Below are positions 56,890 to 64,000 of a stretch of DNA of 64,000 nt, piece after piece. The notes below the pieces were generated by a model. The model saw only the letters and a program-made list of their open reading frames with translations. It made no database searches and was not told the origin of the DNA. Numbering within the stretch: the first letter of the stretch is position 1; the number at the start of each line of letters is the position of its first letter. A program made the translations under genes and the position numbers. The DNA is from Anaerolineae bacterium (GTDB lineage Bacteria > Chloroflexota > Anaerolineae > S140-20): assembly GCA_027021705.1 (NCBI GenBank), contig JALUTT010000008.1, positions 1 to 64,000 on the forward strand, written 5' to 3'.

Positions 56890-58827
56890 ATGAGTAAGTC
56901 TCACCTCGCTGCCCCAAAATATCGTTCTCTCGCCGAGGTCCACGAGACAGTACCTGTGCCCGTACGGGGAGCCTGGTGGCGGCGCTGGCTGGCCGTCACC
57001 GGGCCGGCGCTGATGGTCGCGGTGGGCTATATGGACCCCGGCAACTGGGCCACCGACCTGGCTGGTGGCAGCCGGTACAACTACACCCTAATCTGGGTGC
57101 TGCTGATGTCCAACATCATGGCGATCCTCTTACAGAGCCTGGCAGCCCGGCTGGGGATCGCCAATCGTCGGGACCTGGCCCAAGCCTGCCACGAGGAGTA
57201 CCCGGTGTGGATCACCATCCCCCTCTATATCCTGGCAGAGATCGCTATCACCGCCACCGATCTGGCCGAGGTGCTGGGTTCGGCCATCGCGCTGCAACTG
57301 CTATTCGGAATGCCGCTCATCTACGGGGTCTTGTTAACCGCTTTGGACACACTACTGTTGTTGTTTCTGTCCCACTTTGGTATCCGCAAGCTAGAGGCCG
57401 TGGTGATGTCGCTGGTGGGAACCATCGGAGCATCCTTGCTTATAGAGATCGTGCTGGGCCAGCCGGACTGGGGCGGCATCATCCAAGGCTTTGCTCCTAC
57501 GCTCCCCGATACCACCGCGCTGTACATCGCCGTCGGCATCCTGGGGGCCACCGTGATGCCCCACAACCTCTATCTGCACTCTGCGCTGGTGCAGTCGCGC
57601 AAGATTGGCCGCAATCGGGAGGAGATCAAACAGGCGATCCGTTGGAACACCATAGACTCGGCCCTGGCGCTGAACCTGGCCTTTTTCGTCAACGCCGCCA
57701 TCCTGGTGATGTCGGCAGCAGTTTTCTACCGTCACGGCTACTACGAGGTAGCAGAGATCCAAGATGCATACCGGCTCTTGGAACCGCTGCTGGGCACCAC
57801 CATCGCCCCTCTGGCCTTTGCCATCGCGCTCCTGGCGTCGGGACAAAGCTCCACCATCACCGGGACGCTGGCAGGGCAGATCGTGATGGAAGGCTACCTG
57901 AACCTGCGCATTCGACCCTGGCTGCGACGGTTGATCACCCGGTTGCTGGCAGTTACACCAGCGGTCCTGGCCATCATCTATTTCGGAGAGGGCTCTACGA
58001 CCAGCCTGTTGGTGCTCAGTCAGGTGATTCTCTCCTTGCAACTCCCTTTCGCGGTGATCCCGCTCATCCACTTCGTTTCTGATCGACGCCGTATGGGCGA
58101 GTTTGCCATCCGGCCCTGGCTGCGGGCCCTGGCCTGGGTGGTGGCGAGCATCATCCTGGGGTTGAATGTGAAGCTGCTGATTGACGAGGTCAGCGCCTGG
58201 TTGGCCGAAGCAGGAAGCCGGGCATGGATCGTCCAAGTGACGGTAGTGCCGCTGGTTCTGGCTCTGGGCTTCCTCCTCCTCTACGTGACCTTCTACCCCT
58301 GGTTGCACGGGCGTTTGGAGAAGGTCGGCCGGCCGCGAAGGGCCGATGTCCACGCCGCCCCAGCGGTCGCCGAAACGGGGATTGTCACTCCGGAGCCCTA
58401 CCGTCGCGTCGCCGTCGCCCTCGACTTCTCTGGGCGTGAGGAGCGGTTATTGACCGAGGCGCTGCGGGTGGCGAAGAGGGGGGAGACAAAACTATTCCTG
58501 TTGCACGTGGTAGAGAGCCCCGTGGCTCGGGTATTGGGACCTGAGGCGGCAGATCGTGAGATCCAGGCCGATCGGGAGCGCCTGGAACAACTGGCTCGGG
58601 TGTTGCTTCAAAGGGGTATCGAGACAGAGTGGCGCTTGGGGGCCGGAGAACCCGCCCTGGAACTGGCACGGATGGTGGACGAGCTAGGAGCAGATCTGGT
58701 CATCCTCGGTGGTCACGGCCATTCCGGCGTTTCAGACCTGGTGCACGGGACGACGATCAGCCGACTGCGCCATCGGGTCCAGGCCAGCGTGTTGGTGGTG
58801 CCCCTGGATGACACCCCTCAGGCTTAA
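56890..58827 (+). CDS. mntH: Nramp divalent metal transporter with C-terminal USP domain
   Basis: GYMDPGNW, MPHNLYLHS, QSSTITGTLAGQIVMEG; C-terminal VALDFS...LHVVE...GHGH. Confidence 0.93.
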   Translation: MSKSHLAAPKYRSLAEVHETVPVPVRGAWWRRWLAVTGPALMVAVGYMDPGNWATDLAGGSRYNYTLIWVLLMSNIMAILLQSLAARLGIANRRDLAQACHEEYPVWITIPLYILAEIAITATDLAEVLGSAIALQLLFGMPLIYGVLLTALDTLLLLFLSHFGIRKLEAVVMSLVGTIGASLLIEIVLGQPDWGGIIQGFAPTLPDTTALYIAVGILGATVMPHNLYLHSALVQSRKIGRNREEIKQAIRWNTIDSALALNLAFFVNAAILVMSAAVFYRHGYYEVAEIQDAYRLLEPLLGTTIAPLAFAIALLASGQSSTITGTLAGQIVMEGYLNLRIRPWLRRLITRLLAVTPAVLAIIYFGEGSTTSLLVLSQVILSLQLPFAVIPLIHFVSDRRRMGEFAIRPWLRALAWVVASIILGLNVKLLIDEVSAWLAEAGSRAWIVQVTVVPLVLALGFLLLYVTFYPWLHGRLEKVGRPRRADVHAAPAVAETGIVTPEPYRRVAVALDFSGREERLLTEALRVAKRGETKLFLLHVVESPVARVLGPEAADREIQADRERLEQLARVLLQRGIETEWRLGAGEPALELARMVDELGADLVILGGHGHSGVSDLVHGTTISRLRHRVQASVLVVPLDDTPQA

Positions 58828-58908
58828 GGTGCAACCCGTTGCCTGGCCGGCCTCCTTCAGCACGCCAGCAGCACTTTCAGGGCCCCACCGATGCCGGAAG
58901 ACCATCCG

Positions 58909-59040
58909 GGCGTCATAGGCCAAAGCCGGTTCGTCATTCAGGTCGGCTCGATCGCCTATCAGCAGGATCCCTTCGAAGGGGGAACTGTAGCGAGCCAGCA
59001 ACCGGCCTAACCGCTCCAGGTTGGTCTGCGCCGAAACCGG
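58909..59040 (-). pseudogene. Possible DDE transposase (IS1634-like) fragment
   Basis: QTNLERLGRLL...GILLIGDRADLNDE.ALAYD resembles a hhhhGDR transposase core; no valid start. Confidence 0.3.
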
Positions 59041-59226
59041 CCAACGCGCTCTGCAGGGGGCAGCCACTAGTGCTGCCCTCTTTCATTGCGCCACGAATCC
59101 AGAGAGCTGATAAGCCCTACTGAGATGGAGAGGAGCTTGACTTTCTGCGAGGTTTGTGGCATGCTCAACGCTGCACCATCAGTGGAGGCCTCGGAGGTCT
59201 TCCGATCTCGCTACGGAGGAGGGGGA

Positions 59227-60252
59227 ATGCGAAGAGACGCCGTTGTCGTCCTCAGCACGATGCGCTTTACGGAGGCGCTGCTGGAGCGCCTGCGGCGCGT
59301 TGCGCCCGACCGGCTGGAGGTCCATCAGGTGACCACGGGCAATGTGGAGGAGATCCCCGCCGACCTGAAGGAGGCGGTGGAGGTGCTCTACACCTTCAAC
59401 ACGCTGCCCCGCCACCGGGAGGAGATGCCCAACCTGCGCTGGATCCAGTTGCACAGCGCGGGGGTGGAGCACGTTCCCCGCTGGCTGCGGGAGGAATCGG
59501 GGATCCTGATCACCACGACCAGCGGCATCCACGCCGTCCCCATCGCCGAGTACGTCTTTATGAGCATCTTGGCCTACTTCCGCCGCCTGCCCCGGATGCT
59601 CTACTACCAGCAGCGGGGGGAGTGGCCCCGGGGACGCTGGGCCCTCTTCGCCGACGGGGAGCTCCGGGGGGCCACGATGGGGGTGGTCGGCTACGGGAGC
59701 ATCGGGCGGGAGGTGGGCCGGCTGGCCAAGGCCTTCGGCATGCGGCTCCTGGCGATGCGCCGCCACGGAGGACGGCGGGAGGACAGAGGCTACGTGGTGC
59801 CGGGGACCGGCGATCCCGAGGGGGGGCTGCCCGACGACTGGTACACCCCCGACCAGGTGCTGGAGATGCTCCCCCAGTGCGACGTGGTGGTGGTGGCCCT
59901 GCCCCTCACCGAAGAGACCCGGGGCTTCATCGGGGCGCGGGAGCTGGCGGCGATGAAGCCCACGGCCTACCTGGTCAACGTGGGGCGGGGGCCTACCGTG
60001 GACGAAGCGGCGCTGGTCCAGGCCCTACAGAAGGGGCAGATCGGCGGAGCGGGCCTCGACGTCTTCGAGGAGGAGCCGCTGCCCCCCGACTCCCCCCTCT
60101 GGAGGCTGGAGAACGTGATCCTCTCCCCCCACGTCTCCGCCTTCAGCACCCGGTACGACGACCGGGCAACGGCCCTCTTCGCCGCCAACCTGGAGCGCTA
60201 CCTGGCCGGCCGCCCGCCCTACAACCTGTACCAGCGGGAGCTGGGGTATTAG
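59227..60252 (+). CDS. D-2-hydroxyacid dehydrogenase family
   Basis: SAGVEH, GYGSIG, LPLTEET, NVGRG, LDVFEEEP, SPH. Confidence 0.93.
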   Translation: MRRDAVVVLSTMRFTEALLERLRRVAPDRLEVHQVTTGNVEEIPADLKEAVEVLYTFNTLPRHREEMPNLRWIQLHSAGVEHVPRWLREESGILITTTSGIHAVPIAEYVFMSILAYFRRLPRMLYYQQRGEWPRGRWALFADGELRGATMGVVGYGSIGREVGRLAKAFGMRLLAMRRHGGRREDRGYVVPGTGDPEGGLPDDWYTPDQVLEMLPQCDVVVVALPLTEETRGFIGARELAAMKPTAYLVNVGRGPTVDEAALVQALQKGQIGGAGLDVFEEEPLPPDSPLWRLENVILSPHVSAFSTRYDDRATALFAANLERYLAGRPPYNLYQRELGY

Positions 60253-60279
60253 TCCGATGGTCCATCGTCCATGCAGCCC

Positions 60280-60432
60280 GGTGATTACCCATACCTTTGG
60301 AGATAGGGAGACCAGCCGTCCACGAATGGGGCACGAATGCACGAATTAAGGACCGCCACATTCGTGCATTTGTGAGAAATTCGTGGACGGCCTGCTACGG
60401 ACCACTCTCTCGCTCCCTTGTGGGTAATCACC
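60280..60432. mobile_element. ~150-bp MITE-like element, copy 3
   Basis: 12-bp TIR GGTGATTACCCA/TGGGTAATCACC; highly similar to 16343-16494. Confidence 0.85.
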
Positions 60433-60445
60433 GCCATACAGCCCC

Positions 60446-60474
60446 TTGCCCCTTCCGGCGAGGCGTGCTATAAT
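60446..60474 (+). promoter_or_regulatory. tRNA promoter
   Basis: TTGCCC-N17-TATAAT with extended -10 TG. Confidence 0.7.
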
Positions 60475-60484
60475 TCTAGGCGCT

Positions 60485-60571
60485 GGAGGGGTGCCGGAGT
60501 GGACGATCGGGGCGGTCTCGAAAACCGTTGTGGCCGCAAGGCCACCGTGGGTTCGAATCCCACCCCCTCCG
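60485..60571 (+). tRNA. tRNA-Ser (anticodon CGA)
   Basis: Acceptor GGAGGGG/CCCCTCC, anticodon loop CT-CGA-AA, long variable arm GTGGCC-GCAA-GGCCAC, GTTCGAATCC; CCA not encoded. Confidence 0.97.
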
Positions 60572-60648
60572 CCTGAGAGCATCGCTTAGAAGCGATCCAA
60601 ACGTCCAGGGGCGTTTCCACACGCCCCTGCTTTGTTGGTGTCGGTTCA

Positions 60649-61362
60649 ATGCCCTTTCCCTCCCCCGCCGAGAAGACAACCTACGTCCGCCAGATGTTCG
60701 CCCGCATCGCCCGCCGCTATGACCTGATGAACCGGCTGATGAGCGGAGGGCGGGATGTGGCCTGGCGACGGCGGGCGGTGGAGACGGCCGCCCTCCCCCC
60801 CGGCGGGCTGGCGCTGGACGTGGGGACGGGCACAGGGGACCTCCTGTTGATGCTCCTGGAGGCCGCCCCGGCGGTCCGGGCGCTGGGCGTGGACATCACG
60901 CCGGAGATGATGGCACTGGGGAAATCCCGGCTGAGCGCCGCCGATGAGCGGGCCGCCTTCATCCAAGGAGATGCCCTCCGCCTCCCCTTCCCCACCGCCA
61001 CCTTCGACGCCCTGGTCAACGGCTTTCTCCTGCGCAATCTGCCGGACCTGCCAACCGCCCTGGCGGAGATGCACCGGGTGGTGCGGCCCGGCGGGCGGGT
61101 CGTCTGCCTGGACATTACCCGTCCGCCGCGCGGTCCCTTCGGCTGGCTCTTCCACCTCTACTTCTTCCACTGGGTTCCCTTCCTGGGCGGGCTCATCAGC
61201 GGCGACTGGGAGGCTTACCGCTATCTCCCCCGCTCCGCCCAGCGCTTCGTGGACGCCGAGGAGCTGGCGGCGATGATGCGGGCGGCGGGGCTGCGGGAGG
61301 TCCGCTACCAGAAGCTGATGATGGGCACGGTGGCCCTGCACGTGGGGGTGCGGGGGGTGTGA
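60649..61362 (+). CDS. menG: Demethylmenaquinone/UbiE-family methyltransferase
   Basis: MF.RIA.RYDLMN.LMS.G.D..WR, LDVGTGTGD, AYRYLP.S. Confidence 0.88.
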   Translation: MPFPSPAEKTTYVRQMFARIARRYDLMNRLMSGGRDVAWRRRAVETAALPPGGLALDVGTGTGDLLLMLLEAAPAVRALGVDITPEMMALGKSRLSAADERAAFIQGDALRLPFPTATFDALVNGFLLRNLPDLPTALAEMHRVVRPGGRVVCLDITRPPRGPFGWLFHLYFFHWVPFLGGLISGDWEAYRYLPRSAQRFVDAEELAAMMRAAGLREVRYQKLMMGTVALHVGVRGV

Positions 61363-61377
61363 AGAGGGGGAGAGGCG

Positions 61378-62124
61378 ATGTCACCGTCGGAGCAGGCGGC
61401 CTCGCGGGGGGAGCCCAGCTACGTCTGGCGGGCGGGCCAGGAGCGCCGCTTCCAGATGGTCCGCCGGCACGTACCCCTGGAGGGCCGCCGGGTGCTGGAC
61501 GTGGGCTGTGGCCTGGGGCTCTACATGGCCGCCTTCCGCCGCCACACCCCCTACGTCTACGGCGTTGAGATCGAGTTCGAGCGGGCGCGGGAGGCGCGGG
61601 GACGGGCTGCCGGCGTCGTCGTCGCCCGGGCGGAAGCCCTCCCCTTCGCGGCCGGCAGCTTCGATGTCGTCTTCAGCCACGAGGTGGTGGAGCACGTGGA
61701 GGACGACCGGCAGATGGTCATCGAGGCCTGTCGGGTGCTGGCCCCCGGCGGCCACCTGGTCCTCTTCGCCCCCAACCGGTTCTACTTCTTCGAGACCCAC
61801 GGCTTCTACTGGCGGGGCCGCTACCACTTCGGCAACATCCCCCTGATCAACTACCTGCCCAACCCTCTGCGCAACCGGCTGGCCCCCCACGTGCGGGCCT
61901 ACACCGTCGGGGGCCTGCGCCAGTTGCTGAGGGGGCTTCCCCTTCGTCTACTGCACCACACCCAGGTCTACCCCGGCTACGATCGGATCGTGGCCCGCCG
62001 TCCCCGCCTGGGCCGCCTCCTCCGGGCGGTGACCTACGCGCTGGAGCGCACCCCCCTGCGCCGGCTGGGGCTGTCGCATTTCCTTGTGGCGCGGAAAGAG
62101 GTTCAGCTCAGGCCGGGGCTTTAG
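61378..62124 (+). CDS. Class I SAM-dependent methyltransferase
   Basis: LDVGCGLG, LPFAAGSFD, EVVEHV, L.PGG. Confidence 0.9.
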   Translation: MSPSEQAASRGEPSYVWRAGQERRFQMVRRHVPLEGRRVLDVGCGLGLYMAAFRRHTPYVYGVEIEFERAREARGRAAGVVVARAEALPFAAGSFDVVFSHEVVEHVEDDRQMVIEACRVLAPGGHLVLFAPNRFYFFETHGFYWRGRYHFGNIPLINYLPNPLRNRLAPHVRAYTVGGLRQLLRGLPLRLLHHTQVYPGYDRIVARRPRLGRLLRAVTYALERTPLRRLGLSHFLVARKEVQLRPGL

Positions 62125-62182
62125 GATCCGGTCACCAAGCCCACAACGAGCACGAAGGACTCCAAGGGCCGTTTTCTCTTTG

Positions 62183-63454
62183 TCACGCTTGGTGCCCTTT
62201 GCGATCGTTGTACACCTTCTCCTCCACGGCGTCGGCGTCGGCGGCGTCGGCCTCCACGTCCCGACCCCGCCGAGGCCGGGCCAGGAACTCCCGGTAGAAC
62301 TCGTGCTGGATCACCAGGTTCATGATCTCGTTGGTGCCCGTCCAGATGGTGATGAGCCGCACGTCCCGCAGGAGGCGCTCTACCGGGAAGACGTTGGTGT
62401 AGCCGATGCCCCCAAGGACCTGCATAGCGTGGTTGACGACCTCCCAGGCCGCCTCGGTGGCGAACTTCTTCGCTTCGGAGACCAGCCGGCGCACCTTGCC
62501 CGGCGGCTCCGTGCCGCTCTCGATCGCCCGCCCCACGGCGTAGTTCAGCGCCCTGGCCGCGTCCAGGAGGGTGAGGCTCTCCGCGATCTTGAAGCTGACG
62601 GCCTGGAAGCGGCGGATCTTCTGGCCGAAGGCGCGACGCCGGTCGGCGTACCGGGCCGCGATCTCCAGCGCCGCCCGCCCCATCCCCACAGCACCGCCGG
62701 CCGAGGTCATCCGCTCCGGGATCATCATCTGGTGGAAGACGGCTGTGCCGTTGCAGACCCCCGCCTCGCCCCCCAGGACGTTGGAGATGGGCACCGGCAC
62801 GTCCTTGAAGACGACCCGGCCCGTACCGCCGCCCCGGGTGCCCATCAGGCCGTAGATGTGGTGCACCTCGACGCCGGGGCCCCGCTCGATCAGGAAGGCG
62901 GTCATCGCCCGCTTCGGATCCTCAACCCCCTCCACCTTGCCGTAGATCAGAAAGAGGTCCGCCCCCTCCGCGCCGACGATGAACCGCTTCTGCCCGCTGA
63001 CGTAGAAGACGTCTCCCTCGCGGCGGGCGCGGGTGGTGGCCCCGAAGAAGTCGGAGCCGCCCCGGGGCTCCGTCAGCCCCTCGGCCACGGTGAGCCGGCC
63101 GGCGATCATCGGCTTCAGGTACTTCTCCTTCTGCTCCTCGGTGCCGAAGACGTGGATCGCCTCGCCCACGATGGAGACGAGGGAGTAGAGGCAGGCCAGC
63201 GCCGTCCCCAGCACCCCTACCTCCTCCAACGCGACCAACTCCGACGTCCAGGGCAACCCGGCCCCGCCCCACCGGGGGTCGAAGCGGAGGCCGAGGAGCC
63301 CCCGCCGTCCGGCCTCCTCCAGGAACTCCCGGGGGTAGGTCACCCTATCGGCGTCCATATCGAGCAGGAGTTGCCTGGGCACCGAGGCGACGAAGTCCCG
63401 CACCCGCTCTCGGAGGGCCTTTTCCGCCCCCGTCAGCATAGCTTCTGTGGACAT
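62183..63454 (-). CDS. Acyl-CoA dehydrogenase
   Basis: [37 protein letters not shown]. Confidence 0.95.
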   Translation of the reverse strand: MSTEAMLTGAEKALRERVRDFVASVPRQLLLDMDADRVTYPREFLEEAGRRGLLGLRFDPRWGGAGLPWTSELVALEEVGVLGTALACLYSLVSIVGEAIHVFGTEEQKEKYLKPMIAGRLTVAEGLTEPRGGSDFFGATTRARREGDVFYVSGQKRFIVGAEGADLFLIYGKVEGVEDPKRAMTAFLIERGPGVEVHHIYGLMGTRGGGTGRVVFKDVPVPISNVLGGEAGVCNGTAVFHQMMIPERMTSAGGAVGMGRAALEIAARYADRRRAFGQKIRRFQAVSFKIAESLTLLDAARALNYAVGRAIESGTEPPGKVRRLVSEAKKFATEAAWEVVNHAMQVLGGIGYTNVFPVERLLRDVRLITIWTGTNEIMNLVIQHEFYREFLARPRRGRDVEADAADADAVEEKVYNDRKGHQA

Positions 63455-63505
63455 AACCCGCTCCTTGCTTGTTCCCCTGGCAATACTGACCCGGGTCTGA
63501 AGCCA

Positions 63506-64000
63506 TCACAGGATGGTGACGTCGGCGGCCAGAAGATGGTGGCGCTTTCCGGCCTCGTCCCGCAGCCAGAGGGCACCTGTCTCATCTACCGCCTCGGCCA
63601 GGCCGGCGAGCGGTCCCTGGGGGGTGTCGGCCACCACCCGCTGCCCCAGGGTGATCAGCCGGTGTTGCCACTCGGCGTAGGGGCTCCGACCGGCCAGGAG
63701 CCGGGCGTAGCGCTCGCCGACGGCGTGCAGGAGCGCCCGGAGCAGGGGGAGCCGCGCTACCGGACGCCCCAGGGCCTCCCGCAGGCTGGTGGCCGGGGCG
63801 ATGAAGGTCGGCGCAGTGCGAAAGTCCACGTTGACGTTGAGGCCGATGCCCACGACGACGTAGTCGAGCCGGGGTGGCTCCGAGGGTTGGTCCGCCCCCC
63901 CGATGCTCGTCTCGGTGAGGAGGCCGGCCACTTTGCGGAGTTCGCCGGCCACCGGCACCAGGACGTCGTTGGGCCACTTGAGGGGCGCGTCCAGGCCGGT
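63506..64000 (-). CDS. birA: Biotin--protein ligase (5' part outside window)
   Basis: LKWPND, KVAGLL.E, VGIGLNV, G.A..VD..GAL. Confidence 0.93.
   Translation of the reverse strand, partial: TGLDAPLKWPNDVLVPVAGELRKVAGLLTETSIGGADQPSEPPRLDYVVVGIGLNVNVDFRTAPTFIAPATSLREALGRPVARLPLLRALLHAVGERYARLLAGRSPYAEWQHRLITLGQRVVADTPQGPLAGLAEAVDETGALWLRDEAGKRHHLLAADVTIL

Noticed and set aside
52699..59136. GAGAGGAGC 9-bp direct repeat flanking the metal islet as a TSD
   Set aside because: No adjacent inverted repeats; an SD-like 9-mer can recur by chance
60485..60650. Prophage/ICE integrated at tRNA-Ser
   Set aside because: No integrase and no duplicated tRNA 3' end seen; menG follows directly

Overview
High-GC bacterial chromosome segment, most likely Chloroflexota/Anaerolineae-like. 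This is inferred from the C-terminal IYLPIV-type motif on a large secreted protein, the sAC-like cyclase and the intergenic short-repeat style. It is mostly housekeeping and metabolic genes: SPFH protein, lipid kinase, Ca2+/H+ antiporter, MacAB-like exporter, rarA, pcm, fabL, UDG, hutI, Pit/DUF47, secDF, acetoacetate-CoA ligase, tRNA-Ser(CGA), menG, acyl-CoA dehydrogenase and partial birA. The stand-out accessory locus is a minus-strand cluster at 4296-16179. It holds five consecutive P-loop (STAND-like) NTPases, one with a TPR array and one with an OmpR-type winged helix, then a GNAT acetyltransferase and a radical SAM/SPASM enzyme. That enzyme's own N-terminus carries two DCACPDG (CX3D) motifs ahead of a PqqD/RRE-like region. 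The cluster is interrupted by a 538-bp non-autonomous element with 14-bp TIRs and a perfect 9-bp target duplication. Other notable items are an SCP2-E1alpha-E1beta fusion, a metal-homeostasis islet, a three-copy ~150-bp MITE sitting 11-13 bp upstream of promoters, a candidate rod-shaped ncRNA and two pseudogenes absent from the ORF track. All calls come from reading motifs by eye; no database searches were run.
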